Assembly: GCA_964019335.1 (NCBI GenBank)
Contig: OZ025648.1
Location: 434,001 to 498,000, forward strand
From: Diplonema japonicum
Taxonomy: Eukaryota > Protista > Euglenozoa: Diplonemea
Direction of reading: 5' to 3'
DNA: 64,000 bases
Shown here in pieces: positions 35,368 to 47,500 of this stretch. The position numbers and the translations under genes are program-made. The notes beneath the pieces are model-generated. The model had not been told where the DNA came from. It was given only the letters and a program-made list of their open reading frames with translations, and searched no databases. How positions within the stretch are numbered: the stretch's first letter is position 1; every line of letters begins with the position of its first letter.

Positions 35368-37938
35368 TCAATGAAGAGATACTTTCTGTGGGTTATAAGT
35401 ACACGACTGGATTACAGATCTGATGCGCATCATTTCGTTGTCGTGGTCCTCCGGAAGGATTTTTATCTTTTCCATTTCGTCTCTGGCCCCTTCCCAATCC
35501 TGCGAGATAATCTTGCTCATCGCAGTATTCCAGTGGGAGTACGGGTTGCGGCTCTCCGCTTCATCCAGCTGGTACATCCACTCCTCCTCCTTCAACGTCA
35601 TCCCACCTACAACCTCATAAATACGAATAATGTTGGACAATCTCTTCTTGTAATCTACACCGTCCACGCATCGAAGAACGTATTTTTGATGGGTGTCTTT
35701 GTACATGAAGTGGTCAATTAGCCCTCTTGTCGATCGGGATTTGTTTAAAGCTTCAAGAGCAGCGGCCCATGGTAAAACAGATGATAAAATCGCCATTCGT
35801 TTCATCCCACTACAGCCCATGCTCCCCACCTTTGCCTCGCCGCTCGCACATGAATACGAGATTTTCAAAACCGATTTCTTTTCAATAAGCTCTTTTATAC
35901 CAAACGCGGTCCCCAACGCCGACAAACGGTGCCCGCTGCATGGTACTACAGCGTTGAAAGTAACAACCAATCTGTCGCCGATAAAAGTTTCCGGAACACC
36001 TTTGCTACCGTTCACGACAGATAAAGCGCTCACAAGGTAATCAGAGTGCGTGGCAATTATCTCTAAATCGGTGAGGCCTTGAATAACAGAATGCCAACGA
36101 GACACATTAACATATATAACAGAGATCATCTTCCGCTTTAAACCCTCTTCCGGTAAAACACTTGTTGACATTGAATAATGATCAGTTGACATCTGATGAG
36201 GGGACGACATATGCGACGAGTACCTCGACGGCTGGAACGACGACTCGGAAAACACTGTTGAGGAATCGTCGTCCTCTGACACGAGGATCGCCTGCGGGAT
36301 GTAGTTTTTGTACTCAATGAGGTTCTTCACCATGACGTAGAACGATTTTTGCATATCGGCGACTTCTTTTAACGAGCTTTGCCGATTTAAATCGACGAGT
36401 TCCAACCGCATTACAGCGACATTCGCCATGTCTGTTTGAAGTTTTAAAATCGGGGAGATCACTCTTAGATTGAAGACAACCGAGACCACAAGAAGGCCTA
36501 GTGTTGTTGCCGTTGCGACGATGATCATCAATGCGTAGCCTTTGCGTTGATCCGCGTCAGCTTTAGACTTCTCCTCGTCGCGGGTTGCCTTGATTGTCGT
36601 GATAGACCTGTCGATCTCGTGCATTAACTGATCCCGCGGGACCAACAGGGTCACGTACCACTGAAGTTCTAAACGTGTTACAACTGCTGTCAAGGACCAG
36701 TACGTCGTTCTGCCGTCCTGCCATATATCATATTGTGATGTTTTGTTGGTGGCTTCGCGTGATCTTGCCAACGACGCGTATCCGTCCGTCAATGCCAATG
36801 CGTATTTTCCGTGTCTCGCCACGATAGTTTCGTTACCTGTTTCGTCGGTGTGATTGGTGACGAAGATCGGAACAGCTTTGTTGAGCTCGATGATTTCCCT
36901 GTCGATTTCAATGGTTTGGTGGAGGCCCACGGAGCTGCCCACTACCATCCCTACGGTTCCCTCCCATTGATCCTTCTGCACCCCGTACAACACCGACCCA
37001 TCAGGAAGCGTCTGCCCCTTCATGATCTTCGATATCTCCTTGGTAGTAAACGCAACTTTAATAGACCCTCCACGGTGGGCCCGCCTTGGGTATGGACCGT
37101 TTGGTACCCCAGGGTTGGTCCATGAACCGTAAGCGAATATAGACAGTACTCCTGCTACCTGCGAGATGGGTGAGAAGTGCACCTCATCGGGAGTGGCAAG
37201 GGGACCGTTTGTTGTCTTGTAGTTGTCCATTACACGGTCTTGAAGATCGTTCCATACCCCCCTTCGGAGGATGGACCACGGGATGTAACAGTACCCCATC
37301 GACCCGCGTGGGGTGGTTGTGTAGTCGGGTTTTAAGTGGCAAGGTGTTCCTTTAGGATGGTCAAGCTGTCCCCGACCGTCGCTGTTTCCCAACGCAAAAT
37401 AATAAGGATCCCACCCGAAAGAACCGTCCGGCCTTGCGCTCTCCCCATTGAGGAAGATAGGTTCACCGTTTGCAGGTAAGATCCCAATGGTGCTGTCGGC
37501 AAGTGTAGAAGCTAAAAAACCACCTTCTGGGGTTTCGGTTGACATTTGAATCACTCCATGCTTATGAACCGCGCGGGCTACAGATGCTATGATAGGTCGA
37601 ATGATTACATCAGTGTAAGCAGGGGAAGTGCTGTTTTGTGCATCTTGTTCCCTGTATAATGTGGACAACTCTTCAACGACGACCTGAGGATGGGTCAGAA
37701 ACCCTTGGATGTCTACTTCTACCTCGTCCAGTATGCTGTCCAGAAGCCGGCCTGTTACTAGTTCAGTGTTATCTGTGGCTCCTTTGAGGCAGGTTTCCAC
37801 ACTTCTATCCCCTGCATCCCAAGCTGTCCCTATTGCGTTCTGAGCTGTCAGAACTGAGAGTACACCCACTACTAAACCAGTGCACAGGACCACGATGAAT
37901 GATATCGTCACAGATAGGCATTGAAATGAGAATTTCAT
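35368..37938 (-). CDS. Receptor-type class III nucleotide cyclase-like protein (TM, extracellular sensor, TM, HAMP-like, degenerate cyclase)
   Basis: Two TM helices. HAMP-like PILKLQTDMANVAVM...EVADMQKSF. Cyclase fold motifs FIGDRLVVTFNA and GEAKVGSMG. Confidence 0.85.
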   Translation of the reverse strand: MKFSFQCLSVTISFIVVLCTGLVVGVLSVLTAQNAIGTAWDAGDRSVETCLKGATDNTELVTGRLLDSILDEVEVDIQGFLTHPQVVVEELSTLYREQDAQNSTSPAYTDVIIRPIIASVARAVHKHGVIQMSTETPEGGFLASTLADSTIGILPANGEPIFLNGESARPDGSFGWDPYYFALGNSDGRGQLDHPKGTPCHLKPDYTTTPRGSMGYCYIPWSILRRGVWNDLQDRVMDNYKTTNGPLATPDEVHFSPISQVAGVLSIFAYGSWTNPGVPNGPYPRRAHRGGSIKVAFTTKEISKIMKGQTLPDGSVLYGVQKDQWEGTVGMVVGSSVGLHQTIEIDREIIELNKAVPIFVTNHTDETGNETIVARHGKYALALTDGYASLARSREATNKTSQYDIWQDGRTTYWSLTAVVTRLELQWYVTLLVPRDQLMHEIDRSITTIKATRDEEKSKADADQRKGYALMIIVATATTLGLLVVSVVFNLRVISPILKLQTDMANVAVMRLELVDLNRQSSLKEVADMQKSFYVMVKNLIEYKNYIPQAILVSEDDDSSTVFSESSFQPSRYSSHMSSPHQMSTDHYSMSTSVLPEEGLKRKMISVIYVNVSRWHSVIQGLTDLEIIATHSDYLVSALSVVNGSKGVPETFIGDRLVVTFNAVVPCSGHRLSALGTAFGIKELIEKKSVLKISYSCASGEAKVGSMGCSGMKRMAILSSVLPWAAALEALNKSRSTRGLIDHFMYKDTHQKYVLRCVDGVDYKKRLSNIIRIYEVVGGMTLKEEEWMYQLDEAESRNPYSHWNTAMSKIISQDWEGARDEMEKIKILPEDHDNEMMRIRSVIQSCTYNPQKVSLH

Positions 37939-38514
37939 TTTTTTCTTCTTCTTTTTTGAGGGGAAACCTTTTTTTTTTTGTTAGAGAAAAAAAAGAAAAA
38001 AAAAAGAATATACACTCACAGAGGTGACTGCGAAAAAGAAAAGGAAAAAAAAAAGAAGAAGAAAAACTTTTCCACGCAAGTTGCGCCTGACTGACTCGTG
38101 CAAGCTGGAAACATGTAAAAAAAAAAGAGAAGAAAAAAACGGAGGGGGGGGGGGAAGGAGTGCAAGAGGGAAATTCTGTCATCCCATTTCTTTTTTAAAG
38201 TAAACAAAAAAATGTTAGCTCTCATGTTTGTTCAACTGGTAGAACATATCTAAAAAAAAAAAAAAGGGAGGGATATTTCTATTTCTTTCCCCCCCCCTAA
38301 ATATTCTAACCCTTTATCTTTTTTTTGTTGCTGTGAAGAATAAAAGTTACTCTAAAGCTACTTTTCTTTCTTATTGAAAAAAAAAATAATTATAAAATCA
38401 CAAAGTAGTGTCTGTCTTTGGGGAGGGTAGTTTCTAAGCATAAGGGAGAAAGAAAAAAAAAAAGAAAGAAAGAAAAAGCATTTTTTTTTCTTCCCCCGTC
38501 TAGAATCTATTCAA

Positions 38515-38560
<46 letters not shown>

Positions 38561-38562
38561 AT

Positions 38563-41500
38563 CTAAGGGTGGCTAACCCGTGCAAAAGATTCTAGAGAAT
38601 GGGACGAATTCAATTTCGGGAGCGGGTTGGGACCTAATGACATGTGGACAGGGGTCTGGGTTCTCCTCCACACGTCTTCTAAATAATATTGCCTCTCGGT
38701 ATCCTCATCATCCGATACTTTATTCCGAACTATTTCGCGAAGCTCTTCAGTTTGATACACTAGCAGTGCCTTTTCACTCTTGAAATCTTGAATCTCGTCG
38801 GTGAGTTCTGTTATTCTCATACGCAGTCTAGCCACTATCTCGTTTTTGTCAGTAATTTCCAGCTCAGCCCTCCTTGCTCTGGCTTCAGCGTCCCTTCTTG
38901 CAGCCGCTTCGTTCTCGTTGAAGATGGCTTTCTTCGCCCTTCTCTCCGCATCTTGCAGTTGTGCTGTTACTTTCTCCAGAGTGTGCTGTGTGTCGGCTTC
39001 TGTAATCCTTGCTCCACGCAGCTCTCCCTGTAGTTCATCGAATTTCGTTTGCAAGATCTTTTCGTTCGCTCTGGCCGTGTTCACATCTCGTTCGAGTTCT
39101 TGCTTCATTGATATAAATAGTTGATTTAAGGCATCCATTTCAATGCTCTGAGCTTTGAACTCCTGTGCTCTGATGTCGTGTAGTTCCACTGCACGCCGCA
39201 GTTTTTCCACTTCGTTCGCCGTTTCCCCGTAAACCGCCAACTCCTCACGGGCCTTAGCCATTGCGCAACTTGCTTCTATCAATTCCTTTTCCTTTACCGC
39301 CATGGTGTCCTCCAGCTTGTGTTTGTCACTTGACAGCACTCCGATATCATTTGCGAAGGACTCCAGGTCCGCTTGCAACCCACGTGCCACGTCGCTCTCT
39401 GCCTCTGCGAAGTCACGGTACGCAGAGCACAGCATCGCCACCTCATCAGGGATCCCAAGGTACGGGTCGTCTGTTACTTGCGGCGTGCCTTGTATCGAAA
39501 TATCCCCCCAGCCCTTGCCCCACGGTGTGCCGCTTGGCGTTGTCTGCCTTGTCCTTGGCGCGCTGTGCTTCCATTCAGGGAGGCTTGAACGATGTTTTTG
39601 TATGTCTGCCTTGATGCTCCTCAAAATGGCTTCAAGGTGTGCGTTCCTTTCCTTTGCATCGTTGCCTTCTATCCTGGATTTTCTTTCCAGCTCTGCCAGC
39701 TGTCCATAGAATGCTTCGCACCACTGAGCCTCAAGCCCTTTTCGTTCGCAAGCTTCATGCATCACGGTAGCCTGCGCTTCCGCGGCACCGTGTGCCTTCT
39801 GCAAGCTGGTGACCTTAGCATCCAGGGCCTCAGCGTGCAGTGCCACAATCTCCATCTCGGCTTCGAGATCTTTGAGCTTTTTGATGGCTGTTTTCTCTTC
39901 CAGAGATGCTGCCGCCACAGGAGTTCCCGTGTCGTCCAAACTCAGCATCCGTGAAGGCGTCATCTTCTGTGCCTCGAGCTGTAGTTGGGTTCGTTTTAAC
40001 GTTGTGAGCATACCTCAGCAGTGAGCTGTGCGACCTTTCTCGTCAGCTTCCCCTCGGTCTCCGAGGTCTGTGTGGGTGTTGCGAGTAACATGTCATACCT
40101 CAGCGAGTTGCGCTGCTAGCCTTGCGTTGCTCTGTTCGGACGCCACCACCTTGTCCTGTGCGGCCTTGAGAAGGGGCTGCATCTTCTTTGTGGAACTGCT
40201 GCCAACCTCCAGGTCGACAATCATATCCTGCAACGAACGCAGTGCCCTGTGCAGTCTGAAGGAGGGTGCTTCATCAGGGTTCTGTGAAGAAGGTGTTGTA
40301 GAAGAAGGTGCGACACCTATCAAAGACTCCAGCTTGGCGCTGATGCTAGCCAGCTCGGTGTCGTGGAGCTTCTGTGCCTCCTCTGCTTGAGCAATCTGTG
40401 CATTCTTCCCGTCCAGCTGGCATTCAAGGTCTGTGATGGCGTGTTTCAACCTTCTGATATCCCCGTTAAGCTTGTCCTGTTCTTCGGCACTCTCGTCCGC
40501 GGACTTCTTTAGCTGGTCGTGTCTCCTCTTTGCATCAGACAGGTCTTCCTGGCAGGTACGCAGCTTAACCTGTGCCCTGTGTAGCAGAGCTTCTTGTTCC
40601 TCAACGTCGGTGCTGGAGTATGCAGTTTTTACCTTCAGTGCTTTTTCAAGTTCTGCGGCGAGATCTGCGTTTTCCCTTTCAAGTGACGCCACCTTTCTGT
40701 TCGCGATGTCCGCCCTCTCGTTGGGGTCGCCCTGCTTGGCCCTCAGCTGCTGCACCAGCCCATCGCGATCGGCGAGCTGCGCTTCAAGATTGGACGCCTT
40801 GGACTCCAGAATGGAAATCTCACTACTCTTCCTCAGCGCCTCCTTTCTGAGATCCTCTACAGTGTCCTCTAGACCCAAGAGGTCCTCGTGCGACGCAAGG
40901 CGTGTCTCCAGGCGCTGTACTTCCGCTTTCACCTCGTAGAGACTATCCTCTGCAACAGCAGCCTTTTCACGCAGGGTTCTGCGGTCAGCTCTAAGCTTGC
41001 TGGATTCTTCCTCTGCAAGCTCTGCTTCTTGTTGCATTGTTGCAACTCTGCTCTCCAAGATCTTCACCTTCTCCGAAAGAGAGCTACCCGCAGCTAACTC
41101 CGTCATGTTGTCTTCCAACTTGCGCACGTGCCCCTTCGCTTCGTGCAGCTGCCTGTCGAGGTCGTCCCGCTCCTCCCCCACGGCATCCTTCTCTGCCTCT
41201 ACTGCAGCAAGGTGGTCTGCCGTCGTCTCCAACTCGTCCTCAAGGCGCTTCAATTTGCTTTCGACCTTTCGCTTCTCCAGCTGCAGCTCTTCGATTTCGC
41301 TGCTGAGTGTTGTCAACGACGCGGCGGTGTCACTGCTGCCGGCTTCCAGATGGCCAAGTCGTCCCTCGAGCTTCTTCTTGTCCAAGACAAGCTGCTGGTT
41401 TTCATTCTCAAGAACTGCCATCTCGTCGTACATCTGCTGTTTTTGCTTTTTCAAGTCTTCGACTTGCTTTGAGCCTGCCTTCAGGGTCTGCAGTTCGTCC

Positions 41501-44500
41501 TCAATGGAGACGTTTTTCTCAAGGAGAGCACGCTTCTCCTCACGTGCTTCTTGAAGGTGGCCGTCGAGCACTCTTATCTCCCCGTCAAGCTCGTCGTGGC
41601 GCTCCTGGAAACGCGCAACCTTAGCTTCGAGGTGCGCCTTCTCGTCTGCGTGGTCTTGTGCAATGCTGTCGTTCTGCCTTTTGAGCGCTGCGTTTGCCGA
41701 AGTAAGTGATACAATCTTGTCCTCCGTCTCCGCCAAGGACTCCCTGAGACTCTGCAGCTCGCCAGATGCGTCCTCCTTCTGAAGATCCTTCGCTAGATTG
41801 GCAGCAAGCTTCCTGGCCTTTATCAACTCCCGTACAAGGTCTTTCAGGACACCGTCAGTCTGACCCATCTCGGACCCAAGATCGAACACGGCTTGCCCTA
41901 CTTCTGCTTCTAGATTTTCCAGCTTCTTCGCTAAAGCGTTCTTGTCCTTGATAAGCTCTTTGACAGCGTCTAGGACAGGCTCTTCGGCCACCGCACCCTT
42001 GCTCTTTGTCACCTCGTGCATGATGGCATCCAACAGCTGTTCCGCTTCCTCCAGTTTGTTGTTGGCGGCGTCCTTCGCGTTGACTGTCTCCCTGATGGCT
42101 TCGGGGAGCGCAAAAGTTGCATTCCGTGGGCTGGCTTTGAACTCTTTTCTTGCAGCGTTCATCTCGTCGTCTAGCTTCTCGAGTTCGGCCTCCTTCTCCC
42201 TGATGACGCTCTTGGAGGCGTCGATGCCCTTCTGCAGCACGCTGTGCCGTTGCTTCATGCTTTCGATCTCGTCAAAGAGCTCGCTCTGCGCAGCTTCCAT
42301 AGAGCGCTTCGCCTTTGCTCCCTCCCTCTTCGCCCTCTCGAGGTCATCCTTCATTTCCTGGAGTTCTTCGTCCGCCTCTTTTTTCACTTTCTTTACTTCT
42401 CTTTCGTGCTTCCGTTCCGATGACTCCAGTGCACCCTTCGAGTCAGAAAGCTCTCCCTCAAGAATGTGCTTGACGTTCATTAGCTCAAGTAGCTTGTTCT
42501 TTTGGTGCTTCAAGGATTCATCACCCTCCGTTGCCATGGCTTTTGATTCGTTAAGCTGTCTTTCCAAGCTGCTCACTTTGCTCTGCAACCTGTCCCGCTC
42601 ATCTGTCGCTGCCTCGAGCGCTTCTTCGTTTTGCTGCAGTACACTCTTCAACTTCCCATTCGCTGCCTTGAGCTGTAGGTTGCTGTTGTTCGCTGTCTTC
42701 TGTTCCTCCTTGACGCCCTCCAACAGTGCGACAGTCTCATTCCGCTCTGTGATGAGCTGCTCCAGCTCAGTGTCAACCTTCCTGAGGGCCGCGCTCGACC
42801 TCCTCTCCATGTCGTAGATCTCCTGTTGCTTCGCGTCCAGCTGGTCGAGGAGCTCGTCCTGGTTTGCTGTGGCCTTCTGCTGCAGGGTCTGCAACTGCTC
42901 CTTTGTCAGCACCAGGTCGTTCTCGGTCATGTCCAGCTCCTCCCGAACGCTGTCGTGCAGCTGCTTCTTCGACTGCAAATCGATCCCCGCCTTTGCGAGC
43001 TCGCTCCGCGCCACCTCCAGCTCTTCGTTCTTCCCATGCAGCTCCTTTTCCATCAACACCGACAGCTCTTCCACCTTCGCTTCTGCCTTCTCGAGTTCTT
43101 CCTGCAGGTCATCGCGCTCCTTCATCAGCTCCTTGTTCGCTTCCCCGACATTGGCAAGCTCCTCCACCTTCTCCGCGAGGGCTTCCTTCCCCACGGTAAG
43201 GTTAGCCTGCAAAGCCTCCTCGGATTCCTGAAGTTTCGCGTCGGTGGCAGACTGCTTCTCCTGTGATTCTTGAAGTTCTGCCTCCTTCGTGGCAATCGCT
43301 TCCTTCGCCTCGTCAAGGCTCGTCTGCAGTGTTCTGGATGCATCTTCGACCTCTTGAAGCTTTGTGGCATGCATCTCTTGCGCCTCTTGGATCTTCAGTT
43401 TGGCATTTTCGAGTTGGTCCGAAAGGTCACCGTTGGAGTCACCGATGGTGGTGAGCTCACCTTCCTTTGTAGCAAGGGTTTGGTCTTTGGCTGCTAGTGC
43501 TTCTGTGAGCTCTTCAAGCTTGGTTTGCAATTCGCTCTCCTTTTGCGCTTTTTCACTGAGACTTGACTGCAGTGTTGTTCTCGTTTCACAAAGTTCGTCA
43601 TCCTTCTCGGAAAGTGCCGCCTTCAGCCCTTCGCACTCCTTCGCAAGGTCCTCGTTAGACTCACCTATGGTGGCAAGCTCGGTGTCCTTTGCGGTAAGGG
43701 TCTCCTTCGCCTCGTCGAGGGATGCTTGCAGAGCTTCGATCTCATTCTTCTGATTCTCGCCTGCCTCTTGCAGCTCGCTCACTCTTGTCCCAAGCTCGTT
43801 CTTGACCACCTCGAGTGCCTTCCTCAGTTCTTCCTCCCTTGCGGAAAGCGTTTCCCTGAGGGCAGCACATTCGCTTGCAAGGTTTTCGTTTGAGCTATCA
43901 ATGGTGGTGAGCTCGCCTTCCTTCGACAAAAGGGCCTCCTTCGTCTCAGTAAGACCTGCTTGCAACGCCTTCGAGGCTTCCTCAGACTCTTGAAGCTTTG
44001 AATCAGTCTCGGATAGCTTCTCTTGTGCCTCCTGGAGCTTTGAATCAGTTTCGGACAGCTTCTCTTGCACTTCCTGAAGCTCATCTTTGACCCCATCAAG
44101 CTCCTTCATGAGATCCTCATTGGTGCCGCCGATGGTGGTGAGCTCACTTTCGGTTGTTTCAAGTGCCTCCTTCATCTCTTCAAGGCTAGCTTGCAGTGCC
44201 TTCGAAGCCTCCTCGGATTCCTGAAGCTTTGCATCGGTAGCAGACTGCTTCTCCTTTGATTCTTGAAGTTCTGCCTCCTTCGTGGTAATCGATTCTTTCG
44301 CCTCGTCAAGGCTCGTTTGCAGTGCTTGAACTGCCTCAGAGAGCTCTGTCTCGGTGCTGCTCGACCTCTCCTTCACCGCCTCCATGGCTGCTTCCAAGCG
44401 GGCTAGCTTCTCAGTTGCATCCTTCAGATCTTGTTCTTTCCCTGTCTTGTCGTCAAGCGCAGATTGCAGCGTTGAGGTTTTCTGCTTTAACTTTTCCCCC

Positions 44501-47500
44501 TCATCATGCAGCTCCTCCATTTTTGTTCCAAGCTCCTCCTTCACCATGTCGAGTGCCTTCTGCAGCTCTTCCTCCCTGACTGCAAGTGCTGCTCTGAGGG
44601 CCTCACACTCGTTTGCAAGCTCGTTGTTGGACTCACCGATGGTTGTGAGTTCATTTTCTTTCAAAGTGAATGACTCGCCAAGTCTTGTCTGTGCTTCCTC
44701 AGATTCTCGAAGTTCCGCGTCTGTAGCAACCTGCTTCTCGTGTGCCTCCTGAAGTTCTGCGTCCTTCGCGGTGATTACTTCCTTTGCTTCGTCAAGGCTG
44801 GCCTGCACCGTCTTTTGGTCTTCTTCCTTCTCGGAGAGTGCCGCCTTCAGCCCTTCGCACTCCTTCGCAAGGTCCTCGTTAGACTCACCTATGGTGGCAA
44901 GCTCGGTGTCCTTTGCGGTAAGGGTCTCCTTCGCCTCGTCGAGGGATGCTTGCAGAGCAGCGATCTCACTCTTCTGATTCTCGCCTGCCTCTTGCAGCTC
45001 GCTCACTCTTGTCCCAAGCTCGTTCTTGACCACCTCGAGTGCCTTCCTCAGTTCTTCCTCCCTTGCGGAAAGCGTTTCCCTGAGGGCAGCACATTCGCTT
45101 GCAAGGTTTTCGTTTGAGCTATCAATGGTGGTGAGCTCGCCTTCCTTCGACAAAAGGGCCTCCTTCGTCTCAGTAAGACCTGCTTGCAACGCCTTCGAGG
45201 CTTCCTCAGACTCTTGAAGCTTTGAATCAGTCTCGGATAGCTTCTCTTGTGCCTCCTGGAGCTTTGAATCAGTTTCGGACAGCTTCTCTTGCACTTCCTG
45301 AAGCTCATCTTTGACCCCATCAAGCTCCTTCATGAGATCCTCATTGGTGCCGCCGATGGTGGTGAGCTCACTTTCGGTTGTTTCAAGTGCCTCCTTCATC
45401 TCGTCAAGGCTAGCTCGCAGTGCCTTCGAAGCCTCCTCGGATTCCTGAAGCTTTGCATCGGTGGCAAACTGCTTCTCCTGTGCCGCTTTTAATCCAGACT
45501 CTGACTGTACGAGCCCCGCGTCCAGCTCTTTGTTCTTGGCACTGAGGGCCTCAAGCTCCCTGTCCTTCATGTTGATGACAATGCCCACTTCGTCTTCTGT
45601 GCTTGCAGCATGCGCTGATATCTCATCCAGCTTGTTTTGCAACTCGTTGTTGCTGGTGGCCAGTGTCAGCAGCTCACTCTTCAGGTCAGTTATCTCTCTG
45701 TTGGCTTCTGCCAAGAAGGCCTCGTGCTCTTCCTTCATCATCTCGATCTGGTCCCGGAGCTGCTCTTCGATGATAGAGCTCTCTTCATTGCACTCGGTGG
45801 CTTGTTCCAGCTTCTTCGCAGTTTCCATTTCGTTTGTTTTGGTAACTTGCAACACTTCACGCAGCTGGGCAACTTCAGTCTGGGCTTCTTCAAGCTCTTT
45901 TTGTGACGCAACACGCGTTGCCTTCACCATATCACTGGCTTTCTCAAGGGACTCTTGTGTGGACAGTAAACCTGCCTCAATTGACGCGCACTGAGTCTGC
46001 GACTCCTCAAGTCTTGATCTTGTCTCGGCTAGTTCCTCGCCAAGCACCTTAGAGTTCTCTTCTTGCTCATCGATTGCTGCTTCTGCGTGTTCAAGGAGCT
46101 TTCTTATATCCTCGAACTCGTGCAGCAGGGTGCTCTCACGTTCTTCTGATGCCAATACCTCGGCTTCTAATGTTGTGATTTGGGCGTCCTTGGTCTCGAT
46201 CTCTCCACGCAGGATGTCAAGCTCCTTTTGGAACACTTCGCCGTCGTCTTTCGACTCATTGCACAGCATCTCAAGATCACTCTGCGAGTCCTCGATCTCC
46301 TCGTGAGCAATTTCCAAGAGAGTCCTCGTCTGCAACAGTGCCACCTCGGCCTCATCGCCCTTTGATTGCGCCTCTTCAAGGTTTGTCTGCAAATCTTTGG
46401 ACATCGTGAGAGAGCGTTCCAGTTGTTCCCTTGCTTCCTGCAGCTCTGTTTCCATTTGATTATTCTCTTCCTTCGCTTCATGCAGTGCATTCTGTATCCT
46501 CCTTAGCCCTTCGTCTTTGGACTCTTCAGTCTCGGAAAGTAGGTCCTCTAGGGCTGCAACCGTCTTCCTTGCAGCCTCCTCAGAGTCCTGTAGCTCTTGA
46601 AGCTTGACATTAGTAGCGACTTTCTCCACTTGAGCATCCTGAAGCTCTGCTTCTTTGGCTGCGAGTTCACGGCTTGTCTCTTCAAGTTTTGTCTTCTGGG
46701 CAGTAGAAGCATCCTCTACCTCTTTCAATTTTGTTGCAGTGGACTCTTTCACAGCGGCCAGTTGCTGCTCGATGAGGTTCAAGTGTTCCTGTTGCTCGTC
46801 AAATGCTGCATTTTCGAGCTTTTTAGCTTCTGCAGCACCATTCCGCACTTTCTCCAGCTCCTCACGAGTCTCCTCCTGTTCATTTGCTGCGACTTGAAGC
46901 TCCTCCTCTCTTGCCTCGAGCTCCTTCCCAGCTCGAGTCAGGTTCTTTCGCAAGGTTTCAACTTCCTTCTGGAACATCTCTCCGTCGTCTTTCGATTGCG
47001 AGCTCAGCAGTTCCAGATCACTCTGCGTCGCCTCATGCTCTTCTTTGGCCTTCTTCAGCGAGGTGCACGCCTCCGCCAGTTCTTCTTCCCTCAGCCCGAT
47101 AGTCGTCTGCGACTCTTCAAGGCTTGTCTGAAGGTTCTTCGACACGGCGAGCGAGCGCTCCAGCTGCCCTTTCGTCTCCTGGAGCTCCGTCTCTGCAAGG
47201 TTCGTCTTTTCACCCGCCTCGCGCAGTGCTTCTTCGAACTCCCTCAGCTTCCCATCCTTGGCCTGTTCCGTCTCTGCACAGAGCTTCCTTGAGTCCTCAA
47301 GTTCACTTTGCAGGGATTCTTCTTTCGCACCAAGTTCTTTCAGCTCCTTCTCTTTCTTCATGATGCATCCCTTGGCTTCTTCCAGCTGCGTCGCTAGCGT
47401 TGCAGCTTTCTCTTGAAGCTCGTTTTCATTTGCAGCAAGTACTTCTTTCGTCTCCTGTAGGCTGTCCTGCAATACCTTCGAGGCCTCCTCAGATTCCTGA

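Noticed and set aside
40093-40095. Possible TGA readthrough or alternative genetic code linking the giant ORF to the next
   Set aside because: The frames differ and two canonical introns explain the join. Long ORFs show no internal stops.
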